Shown one piece after another: positions 11,809 through 23,000 of a stretch of 64,000 bases of DNA (position 1 is the stretch's first letter; every line of letters starts with the position of its first letter). Both the position numbers and the translations under genes were made by a program. Origin of the DNA: Monocercomonoides exilis PA203 (Eukaryota > Protista > Preaxostyla); contig LSRY02000011.1 of assembly GCA_001643675.2 (NCBI GenBank), forward strand, positions 1,240,001 through 1,304,000. Direction: 5' to 3'. The notes under the pieces were generated by a model. It was not told the origin of the DNA. It was given only the letters and a program-made list of their open reading frames with translations, and searched no databases.

Positions 11809-13254
11809 AGATCAAAAACGAAATGACTCAGTAATGCGGTATTCGATTTGACTAATACCAACAAGTGAAATATTAAACCAAAAAATGAGACTCAAAACCG
11901 TTTTGATTGAGTCTAGACCAATTGATTCATTTCTGGGTGCATGATCAATAGAAAGTTACAAAATATAAGTTGTTCATATCTTTCAATATTTAAAGAATAA
12001 ATGAATTATTTTTCATATAAATTATAATGTGAATGTTTTTTATTAAAAAAACGAAAGATTCTATGTTTTGATTTTTTCAAAATTCTTTATTCAATATTAT
12101 TTTTTGCTTTAACAAATTTTTCATTAAAAACATATTTTGTTTTTTATACTTTGTTAGATTTTGATTGATTTGAAGAAAAAAATTCAATGATCAAAAAAGA
12201 ATTGGAAACATATAACGAAATTTTTAAAAACAGAAAAAACAATGAAAGAAATTCGAATAGAAAAATTTTACAACCACTTATCATTTAACCAATTCTTTTC
12301 TTTATAAAAAATAAAAATGATAGATTATAAAGTTCATAATTCAGACAAAGTTTCATGAAAAAACAATAGTTCAATAAATAACATCTTTTCAAAATAAAAC
12401 TGAAATAAAACCAACGAAATAATGAATACTAACTTCATAATTAAAACAATAAATAACAGTTTGAACATTAAAAACTTATTATTAAAACAAAAATAACTTA
12501 AAAAACTTGTTTCAAAAATTTCGACGTATTATTCATGATCTTAAAAAAACTTAACGCAAATATATTAATAATACATTAATGATTCACATACAGCCGAAAC
12601 AGGATATAATCACATCGGTTTTTGCACAGCTTTTTGTGACTATATCCGATTGTGATAATATACGATGATGCTTTACACAGAAAAAAATATAAGTTAAATT
12701 AATTAATTAATTAATTTTGAGTCGATTTTTTTATTTTTGAAAATTCTTCACAAAAACACATTTTTTAATTGAAATAACAATTTTTTATGTTTGATTATGT
12801 TATTTAGACTTATTTAATCATAATTTTGAAAAACGCGAAAAATCGGAATTTTTGATCAAAAAATCGATTTTTCATTGAAAAAATCACCCATAATAATAAA
12901 AAATGTGATTATATATTTTCAACCCTGTGATAATATGCGATGAAAAATGAATGAAAAAATTGACAAAAATGTCGGTGCATGGAAAAATGTGATCATAAAC
13001 GAATGTGATTATATTCGACGTGATTATATCCGGTTTTGACTGTATTAAAAAATTAATAAAAACAAACTGCTCTGTAACAGAAAACACAAAAAACTTCAAA
13101 GAATTATGATCAAAATTGATATATAATTTTTGTATTTTTGATCACAAATAAGATTGAGGGAAAACCGAATTGATTGAGTCAAAACCATTATAATTGACTG
13201 AAAACGTTTTGACTTAGTCAATTCGAATTGACCCGCTCAATTCGTTTAACTTCT
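11809..13254. mobile_element. Diverged relative of the AGAAC element (C)
   Basis: Imperfect TIRs AGATCAAAAACGAAATGAC and CTCAATTCGTTTAACTTCT. Shares the subterminal motifs TTCTGGGTG..CATGATCA and AGATTGAGGGAAA with B1/B2. TAT flanks both ends. Confidence 0.6.
12591..13042. mobile_element. Tc1/mariner-type MITE (TA|CAG...CTG|TA), nested in C
   Basis: TA|CAGCCGAAACAGGATATAATCAC...GTGATTATATCCGGTTTTGACTG|TA. An inverted copy lies at 45226-45932. Confidence 0.85.
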
Positions 13255-13258
13255 TATT

Positions 13259-16177
13259 AGAACTAAAACGTTGTGTTATTGTCAATTGTAATTGTTTTCA
13301 TCAACCTCTTTTTTTTAAGTGCAAAAACAAAAAAGTCAAAGATAAAACGTTTTGATTCATTCACGATGAATTATATATAAAGTGGGACAAGGGGATCACA
13401 AAAAAATTTCCAAATAATGGATTCATTCGATCAATTATATCTATCTTATTCTGAAAATGAGTCAATCTAATTTTTTGGAAATTTTTACTCATGTTGAAGA
13501 AAGAAATGTTCTTCCGAAAATTACTCATCAAAAAGAGGAAGAAAAGAAACTGTCATTGATTGAAAACGCATTGTCTAAATTCGCAAACAAAGATTTGGGA
13601 TTTTTCAGAATGACTGGTTTCACAAAGAGTGAGTTTGATCTTCTTGTTCGTCTTGTTCAACCTGAGATATACCCTCATCCGGGTAAACGCAGAGTTATTG
13701 AAAAATTGGACGATCAGTTATTCTTGTTATTAAATTTTTTTCATTTTGGATCACCAACAGTTTCTCATCTCATCACATCACCTTTTCTTAAAACGCAAGA
13801 TGCAACTCTTAGACTAATTCATTCGATCTTGCAATCCATCAAAGTCTCTTTATCTGATGTGTTTCTCACGTTTAGACCTGACAGAATTCGTGGAATGGAG
13901 GAGGTGGCACTTGTTTTAGACTGTACAGTTTTACCGGTTAACAAAACAGGAAAAGAATTCAATTGCGGAAGCGATTGTTTCAGTGGAAAACACAAAATTT
14001 ATTGTGTAAAAGTTGAAGTGGGAGTGAATCCAAAAACAGGAACTGCAAGCACAGTTAGTAAAGTTCATGGCGGAGCAGTTCACGACTATGTCGTGTTTCG
14101 TGAGCATTACTCTCAGTTCGCAGCACGTTTGGATGGAGGAAAAATCATGGCAGATTCGGCTTATATTGGTGCTAAAAGTGAATTGGGAGCAATAATAACC
14201 AAACCTGTAGGGACACCAGAGCTTGCAGCACATAGAGTAATCGTCGAAAGGTTTTTTGGTCGTTTGAAAACATTATTTACAATATTTCGTCGACCTTGGC
14301 CCTTAAAAATTTCTTCAATTGCTGAATACTTTTACGTTGCGTGCTGTTTAACAAATTATCACATATTGCAAAACCCATTATCGGAGGAAGATTTTGAGGC
14401 TAATCAACTTTTCCTTTCTGATCTAATTACAAAAGTTGAGGAAAAAAGACAGAAAAAGGAACTTGCCAATGAAAAATACAGAGCCAGATTACTTAATCGA
14501 TTGAACCCAAGTTCAACTCCAACTTCAAGTGTAACATCTTTGCATGCACTTGAAGATAGTTTGAATTTTCATATTTTACCCATATTGACTTTATTTATAT
14601 TAACAATTAAACTTTTATTTTTTTCATATACCATATTAATTTTTTTATTCAGCTGATGCAACTACTGAACCACAAACACAGATCAAAGAGAAAAAAGGCA
14701 AATGCAGCGGAGATCAGAAAGTGGTAACAACAATGAATGAAGATACTCGAATTTCGTCGATTTCTGAAAGTGATGAAGGTTTTGTTTCCGATGATATCGA
14801 TTTTTCTTTTAAATGGCTGCTTCCGAATCAATGGAAGTCTGCCAAACAACTTTTTTCGACATGTAATTCTTCATTTTTGACTTCAGCATCTTCATCTTCA
14901 TCATCTTCATCTTCTGTTGGAATACCAACGAAACAAAACTTATTGTCAACTTCAACAGAAGTTACAAGTTCAGCAACAGAACAATCGATCATCGTAAGTT
15001 CTCCACAACCTCAATCATCAATCATCTTATCAAATATCACAATTCAGACTTCATCTTCATCCTTCCAATTTTCCACAGAACCAAATATGAGGGAAGAAAC
15101 AATTTCTGATAGTTCATCTCTTTTATCATCTTCGCAACCTTCACCAATTACACTTTCAGCAATGTATCCAACTCAAGAAATTGCACCGATCTCCAATTCT
15201 TCTCTTTCAACGCAGGAAAAACAAAAATCATCTGAATCTCCGAGGATTGCCAACTCTTCAAGCAAAAAACAACCTAATGTCACGAATAAAATCTCCTACC
15301 ATCATTCTTTAAATAAAACTCCATCGATTTCATCCACTCAAGCGGAAAAGCAGCAAATACTGGACAAGGATTGCTTATGTATCATTCAGCGATCAACAAA
15401 GTTTGCAAAGAATCTAAAAGAAATCGGAACAGCCCAACGCAGACACAATGAAACCACTTTGGAATTTCTTTTGAACTCGAACAATTCAAGATAAAAGCTT
15501 TTTAATTTCTCATTTCTGTCTATTGAATTTTTACTATTCCTTTTTCTCATTTTTTAATAAATCTCATTTCTTGTTAAAACTTCTTGTCTCTTTTTACACA
15601 CTCAATAACACTTTATTCAAAAAATAAATAAAAAATAACAAAAAAACAGTTTTCAAAACTATTCATTTGTATTTCATATGTAAAGATTAACTTTTATATT
15701 TGTTTATAACAAAAAACGAACTGGATTAAAAGTTATATATGAAAATGTCCTCAAGTGTTTGAATAATTTGTGAAAATCTCACAATAAATAATTTGAAACC
15801 AAATGAAACTTTCAAAAAAAAGAAAAATCACTTGAAACTTCCGATGTTGGTAATATTTTCCACCTTAATAAGTTAAAAATATGATAATGTTATAAAATCG
15901 TAAGATCTGAAAAAAGTTGAGCATTATGATCATGGATGAACATTCAAAATACAATTATTCAAAACATATCTTCATGCTGTATGCATTTGAAACGATAAGC
16001 ATACGCAATGGAAAGAAAAAAATAATTATGATCAACAAACATCATTTTCATAAATCCGTGATACGGCCCGTCGTGATTAAACCACAACCGTTTTGAATTA
16101 ATCACGACGAAATAGAAAGAACAAAAATGTTTTGACATTCTCAAAACCTTATGATATGTCCATATCGTTTTAGACCC
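13259..16177 (+). mobile_element. PHIS-group (Harbinger/ISL2EU/Pangu-like) DNA transposon (D), 3-bp TSD ATT
   Basis: ATT|AGAACTAAAACG...CGTTTTAGACCC|ATT with short imperfect TIRs. Encodes an intact DDE_Tnp_4-type transposase. Confidence 0.7.
13457..15494 (+). CDS. DDE_Tnp_4-type transposase, probably 647 aa after splicing intron 14559-14652
   Basis: Motifs VLDCT, FSGKHK, GAVHD, MADSAY and HRVIVERFFGRLK. The GT..AG intron joins the 13457 ORF in frame to the Ser-rich 14721-15494 ORF (1102+842 nt). Confidence 0.85.
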
Positions 16178-16186
16178 ATTACAATA

Positions 16187-17878
16187 GTGAGGGAGAAAAC
16201 CCGGGCCGGGGAGGAAATCCGGGCCAGTGATCAGAATAAAAATTCAGAATATTCATATATGATTTATCCAAAAAAAAGACTTCCTTGTTTATTCAAAATA
16301 AAAAAATAAATAAAACATATCGAAAATTATTTGGAATGATTAATAACGAAAGTTTTGAATAATTTTCCACAGGAAATGAAAGAAATAATAGAAAAGTCAA
16401 TTACAAAACAAAAAAAAAATGACATTAAGCGAAAAGGGAAGAATCAGAATCAGAAGCCTTATAAATCGCTCCGAAATTACTTCCTTCAGGTGCTTTTGTT
16501 GGCTCCACAGAATTCTCGGCCCAAGATGGTGGATTTTCCGGTAAATGCTTGAGAACAACTGATTTATCTAAAGGCCAGAGCCCAGTAACTTTCCACGATG
16601 AGATAATTGTGCTTGGATAGCTGGCCGCTGCCAACCCATCTCGAAGTATTGTTGTAAAAACTTCTCTTTTCTGTGAGGCTGTCGTTGTCTGTCCACTTTC
16701 TGTTGCTCTAGCAAATACTCTTTTCATATTGGCGAAAATAAACTGATCATTCGGTTGAATGATATGCGATGTGTGAGATGGCAATTTAATCAAATCCACA
16801 AGATTATCTTTACAGAGTCTTCTCATTTCTTCCGTGAAATGTCCAACACCGCCGTCCATAACCAATGCTGCATGCCTGTGTTTCTCCCCAATGGCTATCC
16901 TTTTTTTGATAATTTCTGGAAGAAAGCAGATTCTGAATAATTCAAAAAACGATGATGATGTGACATGTCCAGTTGTCGAAGGGAAGAATACTTCTTGTGA
17001 GGTTGTGGCCAACTTGTACTCATCCGGCAAAGTTTTATATGGAATGACTATGGGAGTTAAATATCTGCAGCCATCTGCGCTGCACATGAAGACGATTGAA
17101 GTTGCAGTTGGAAGAGATGTTTCTGGTGTTATTAATGAAGGAGAGGATGAAGATGAAGCGACTAAATCATTTTTTCTTTTATGAAAAAAGGTTGAGGTTT
17201 CATCGATATTGAATAACAATTGAGGAATCGGTTTTTCCTCGTGAAGATACGATTCGAATAAATCGAAAAAAGGTATTAAAACCTTTCGGCAAGAATGAGC
17301 TGCCCTTCCGATTGGAAGAGCCTTTGGCTTTGCAAACACAATCTCTGGATGTCTTTGCAAAAACCGTTCCGTCCAGTGCTTGTCCACTGATTTGCATTCT
17401 TCACCTTCATTCCTTTTCTTTTGCAACATTTCATTTGCCTGTAAATAGAAAAAAATTAAAAAAATATATAAACACATCCATAACAAACCGTTTGAGTTAT
17501 GTATTTTTTTGTTGGATATTTACCAATTTTTATTTCGTCAAGAAACAACTGTTTCATTTCCAACTCTTCAGCTTCGTCAAATAATGTGGGCCTACCACAT
17601 TTCCCAATGCTTCTGCCATTGTCCCTTGCTTTGATCGCTCGCTGTAGTGAAGATCTTTTTAACAAGCCGCTTTCATCAATTTGTCTTTCAGAATACTCAA
17701 GAATATCGTGAACGTACAAGGCTTTAATGTGTGGATCTCCCAGTGATCTTATATCACTCGTTGCATTGACGTGCGTTAAGGAGGGTTTTGTTTTTAACAT
17801 TTTGATCTGAAACTTTTTTTATATTTTTTGATCAAAAATGGCCCGGATTTCCTCCCCGGCCCGGGTTAACTCCCCAAC
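16187..17878 (-). mobile_element. Apparently intact pogo/Fot-like (DD35D) transposon (E), TA TSD
   Basis: 40-bp TIRs GTGAGGGAGAAAACCCGGGCCGGGGAGGAAATCCGGGCCA and TGGCCCGGATTTCCTCCCCGGCCCGGGTTAACTCCCCAAC. TA-flanked. Confidence 0.92.
16425..17800 (-). CDS. pogo-family DDE_1 transposase, 441 aa, intron 17439-17488
   Basis: N-terminal HTH-like region (RSSLQRA..GRPTLF, W..RFLQRH). Catalytic NIDET, VMDG and QPND with 35 residues between the last two Asp. A 50-nt GT..AG intron restores a single frame. Confidence 0.92.
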
Positions 17879-17879
17879 T

Positions 17880-18848
17880 AGAACTTAATTCATTTGACTG
17901 CGTCAAGTGGCATTAGATCGGTAAACATCCAATAAGATCGATCTAACACCATTAAGATGCAGTCAAATTGGATGTGACTGAGTCACATCCGATGCTTTCA
18001 ATTCTGGGTTTCATGATCAGAAAATTATAATAAGAAAATAGTAACAATAATTAATAAATTGCGTTTAATTTTATATCATTTTGATTGAATTTAATTATTT
18101 TTCCTTCTAAAAAGTTTTTTATTATGCAAGTTTTTTAAAATTATTGATATTTTTCTGAAAACATTGGAAATTCTAATTGTTTTTGTTTGATAATAATTAT
18201 TGGTGATTTAAAAAAGGATATAAGTTAATTTCATTTCATTTTTCAATCTTTGGAACTAGTTTCAAATATTATAAACATTTCGAAATATTTTTCTGAAAAA
18301 AGAAAAAATACAAAAAAAGAAGCTTCAGAATCATATCTTCTTTTCATTTTTTATTCGAAATGAAAAAATATCAAAAAATGATTGATTCATAAACACACAA
18401 CAGTTAAGAAAACACAAAAATGTTTAATTTTTTATTAATATTGAAAATTTACAAAAGAAATGAATGTGATAATGTTTTTCGTGCAAAATATAAACAAATT
18501 TGGTTCAATTTCAACAATAAAAGTTAACAACTGAATCACAATTGCGAAATTTTAAAGTTTCAAAAAACCAGAATCAAAATAAGAAAACAACAAAAAAATT
18601 GTTAAATACAAAATATGCATATAAAAAATAATAACATATTAAAAGTTCAACATTCATGAGCTTATAATAGTAAAAATATAAACAAAACAAAAAAATGTTA
18701 GATCACAACTTGTGATCATAAAAATTACAATTTCGCCCTTGGTGAGATTGAGTGAAATTCGATTAAAATTAGATAAATTCGATAAACCAGACAAAAATCG
18801 ATTTGACTGAGTCACATTTTCGCGACTCAGTCAAATCAATAAAGTTCT
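17880..18848. mobile_element. ~970-bp AGAAC element, copy 2 (B2), 3-bp TSD ACT
   Basis: ACT|AGAACTTAATTCATTTGACTG...CAGTCAAATCAATAAAGTTCT|ACT. Ends 9 nt before tRNA-Gly. Confidence 0.88.
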
Positions 18849-18857
18849 ACTAAAGAA

Positions 18858-18928
18858 GCATTAGTGGTATAGGGGCAGCATGCTAGCCTTCCAAGCTAGC
18901 GACCCGGGTTCAAGTCCCGGCTAATGCA
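18858..18928 (+). tRNA. tRNA-Gly(TCC)
   Basis: GCATTAG/CTAATGC acceptor stem, anticodon arm CTAGC-CTTCCAA-GCTAG, T-arm CCGGG-TTCAAGT-CCCGG. A T-run terminator follows directly. Confidence 0.96.
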
Positions 18929-18994
18929 ATTTTTGCGTTTTTTAACCTTGAAGGATTATTATTTTGAAAATTATTTTTATAGAGATTTTGAATA

Positions 18995-19478
18995 ATGAGC
19001 AAGTGAATGATATTTTTTTTGAATATAACAATTTGTGACTTTTGATTTGATTATTCTGAACCACATTTTGTACATGTTTTTGAAACTTAAGGATTTTTTC
19101 AGGCAATTAGAAGTGCTATTTAGTGAGACTCAGGATGTGGGGTCAATAAACTTAATTTTTAAGAGATTAGGGGGATCTCATTTGTTAAAAGCATTGAAAG
19201 GAAAAGAGGAAACGGATAAATTGTCTCATTCAGAAACCAGATGCATTATTCATGCAAAAACACCAAGGCACAAAATATCGACAATAGTTTGAATGCTCTT
19301 TATAAAGTAATTCGTTATGAACTCTTTTTCATCCTTTACATGACAAAAGATTCCTTTAAGTGAAGTCATCAATTTCCAAGCTCAATGGTCAGCACTTTTA
19401 AAGGAAAAGACGTCCTCTATGTATAAAATGCAAAAGCAATTAGCAGCGAAAAAGAAGAAAACAATTAAGTCAGTGTAA
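18995..19478 (+). CDS. SRP14: Signal recognition particle 14 kDa subunit (spliced; 5' exon uncertain)
   Basis: LEVLFSETQDVGSINLIFKR...RCIIHAKTPRHKISTI|IPLSEVINFQAQWSALLK follows the SRP14 pattern (GSVYITLK, CLLRAT..KKISTVV, V.KFQ..YS.LL). Introns ~19003-19102 and 19287-19349. Confidence 0.82.
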
Positions 19479-20003
19479 CGCAAACTTAATGATTGGAGAA
19501 ATAATACAAAATTTTTCATTTCTTTTCAAACCATTTCACTCTTCGGTAAAGTGCATTCATCATTTACATTGAAAACGATTCACATTTCAAAATAATTTCG
19601 ATATTAGATGAAACTTTAATCTTTTTGGAGAAATAAATGAGCTAAGAAACATTTTCTAACTTTCTTTTTTTCGATTTTTTTATTTTTAGTCAAATAAACC
19701 TCTGAAAAATCAAAATAAATAATAAGCATAATGGTAAATAGAGTTTTGAAGTATAAATGAAAAATGTCACATTAAAAATTGTAACATTAATGCAAGCTTT
19801 AATCATCGATGACAAAAAATAATGAAAGCCGCGATATGATAAAACAGAAGGATAGCATCCCAAACATAAACCAAACATATAACCACAAAATAAAACATTG
19901 TAACAAAACTCTAATAAAATCAAAATAACGGATTATAAAAAAATAAAGTTCCTTTTATTCAAATTAAATCCACAAAAAGCAAATATCAGAATACAATATT
20001 ATT

Positions 20004-23000
20004 TCATCCAATAGGACGCTGTACCGAAGTTGTAGTATGTGAAGCCGGATGTGGCTGGGGTAACGAGGGAGCGATTGCAGGAGCAGCCGTGTTTGGAGAA
20101 GAGGAAGGAGGCTGATACGTCATTGGCCCTGCAGGCAGCGGTGGATGGTGGTAAAGTGAAGGCGACGAGGAAACTGCGAACAAAGACGCACCAGCCTGAA
20201 GTTGCTGCTGCCGCCCAGGTGTAGACAGCACCTTTGGATGGATGGCTGAGGCAAGGAGCGACGGAAACACTGGGTGAGAGAGCATCGGCTGCTGAGGAAG
20301 AGACGGAGGAGGAGGAGGAGGAGCAGCAGCAGCAGCAGCAACAGAGGAGCTGTAAACAGGCGGTGCGACTGGTGCTTTGTCGGGAGCAGATTGCATTGGA
20401 ATCGCAGAGAGAGAACCACCCATTGAAGAAGAAGTGTGTGAAAGTGCATCTGAATTGGGACGTGTACCAGCTCTTCCTTTCCTCGCACTGGCTCCACCAC
20501 CACTACCACCACCACCACCACCAGAAGATGCAGCGATAGGTGAAGCTATTGATGCTGAACCTTTACTGTTCTTAATGGATTGCTGCTGAAGTGAATCGTT
20601 CTGCGTCTGAAATGAGACGTCTGCCATGTCTCGTTTTTCAGAAGAATCTGCGCTCGCAACTTGCTCTGAAGATGTAGCACCAATTGGAGTGGAAGGAGAT
20701 GATGGTGCAGATAGTGCAGAACCAGAAAGAGAAACACCCGGTGAAGGAGAAGAAGGCGACTGAGGCGCAGTGCCTGCTGCTGGTGCTGTTGCTGCTTTCT
20801 GCTGAGCGGCTGGCGATGGATGTGCAATTGGAGAAGCCGGAGAGCACTTCCAAGCAGCAGCATTTGAATGCAGAGGCGCCGTGTTCAGCTGCTGGGCCAT
20901 CGTCAGTGCAGGGTGCGGGAGAAATCCTTTGCCGTTGATTCCCCCGGCTTTCGGATGGAACGGAACGGCGGGGTTTTGCTGGAAGCTCATCACAGAAGCA
21001 CCGCTGGCAGGTTGCATGCCAATCCCCATCCCCACTCCCACTCCCATCCGATGTCCGATTCCAGTGCCGGCTGCGTGGCTTGTGTATGAAGACTCCATCA
21101 TCGGCACCCGGATGCCGTTGACCGTCGAAAGAAAGGGGATATTTGATGGGAAGCGCATTGCACCTGCACCCGGTGCAGTGAACATGGAAGACATTGCTGC
21201 TGCTCCCGTTTGCTGGAAAGTGTTCTGTGTGATGGCAGAAGCCATGGGCTGTGGTGAAGAATACGAGGAGACAGTCAGGAATGAAGGCGCATATGTTGGG
21301 TGCATCTGCCCGTGCGGAACTGCTGGCATCATGTTGGCAATTGTCGCTCCATTGGCAGCAGCTGTCGAAGCAGACGTGGTGCCAGTGAGTGGAATATTTG
21401 GCACAGGAAGAGAAACAGCTGATTTGGAGGCCAACGCTGTTAGCGGGTTGATGGGCTTTGATTGCTGGTTGGATGAGTAGTTGAATTGAGGAGAGGAACC
21501 GGGATTGAGAGCATTTGAATGATAAGATCTGTTAGATTGATTGATTTGTCCTGTCACTTGAGAAGAAGAAGAAGAAGAGGAAGGAGAGAGAGCATTTTCA
21601 TTGGATTGTTGGGTTAAAGTGAGGAGTTGTGTATTGCTGCTATTGGCACCAGGTTCGATTGAAGGCTGTGCAGAAGAAGGATCATTTGATAAGGATTTGC
21701 TCAACACACGAGAACCATCATTTGTGTCAAATTGAGATGTCAAAGTATTCTGTGAAGCAGACGAAGACGATGCTGCTGATGATGAAGCCATGTTCCTATC
21801 GCTGCTATTTCTGTATGAAGAACACGATGCGTCAGAAGCTGCTGGATTTGCAGCATAACCTCTGCGATAATTGCTGGAACGAGGTGTGGCTGGAGAAGAA
21901 TGCGATGCTGTTTCAGACTCTGTGGAGCTGCCATCATCAGACGTGGTGCTATCTTTGTTGTTGTATGCGGAGCTGTATTTCCCTCCATTCTGCCTACTTC
22001 CTTGTTCTCCGTATTCTCCTCTGTGTGACTGGCGCTGGAGCAGCTTTGAAGACGATGGAAAGGACATCGCAGATGCTGCAAGCATCACTGCTGTCTGCCT
22101 CTTTCCTCTTCTTCTTCTGCTCGTTCCGCCTGGAAGATTCATCTGCCCTGCCCTTTTCTCGTCTTCTGAGTCCATCTCTGTTGCCATCCCGCCTCCAACA
22201 ATGCCCCGTGCTCTGCTCCCTTCTGCTTCTTCGCCCAGTGCTGTTGATTGACTCCTCCTTCCTTTTCTCTGTCTGCTCGATGAATATGCTCCACCACCAC
22301 CTGCCTCTCCATCTTTGCCTCCAAAAGTCTGCTGCCCACCTGTTGCTGAGTATTCTTGCTCTGTGCTCTCTGTCTGCGACATATCTCCTCCTCCACTACC
22401 ACTCCCACCACCACCACCACCAGTTGATGATACTGCTGTTGAATGTGCCCCGCTGCTCCCAGACGTATGCGAGCTGTTTCCCCAGCACTTGTCTCCCAGT
22501 GCTATCCTCCTTCTTGAGTGCTTCTTTCTCTTCTCTTCACTCGAGTCCTCAGACAGAAGAGCATCCCATTCGTCCTCGCCAATCTCGTCGTCGTTCAGCT
22601 GCCGCTTCCGCTGCCTGCGCAAAGAGCGGCCAGTTGCAGTCAGGATCTCATCTGAAACCTGCTCAGATTTGGTGAATAGATCAGGCGTTGACAGTAAACC
22701 AGCCGTGCTGCTTAGAGCAGAAGCAGATGCTTCTTCAGTTTTCAGCTTCTTTGTTTGTTCTCTGATGGATTGTTTGCGTGTTTGTGTGTCAGTTGCAACT
22801 GTGGAGTTATCAGACTGTTCTGCAATTGGCGTGCTCTTTGGATCGTCATATCCCTTGAATGGGTCATCATCATCCTCATCTTCATCTGATGAGTGCAAAA
22901 ATGATGAGTCATTAGACAGTTCATGTGAATCGTTGTCTGACATGTTTGGAGAACGAGAAAGAGAAGAAGCGTTTCCTGCAGGAGATGAAGCAGATGATGA

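Noticed and set aside
18924-18926. SRP14 start codon inside the tRNA-Gly acceptor stem
   Set aside because: A spliced model is possible, but a simpler ATG at 18995 also gives an in-frame protein; it cannot be supported without transcripts.
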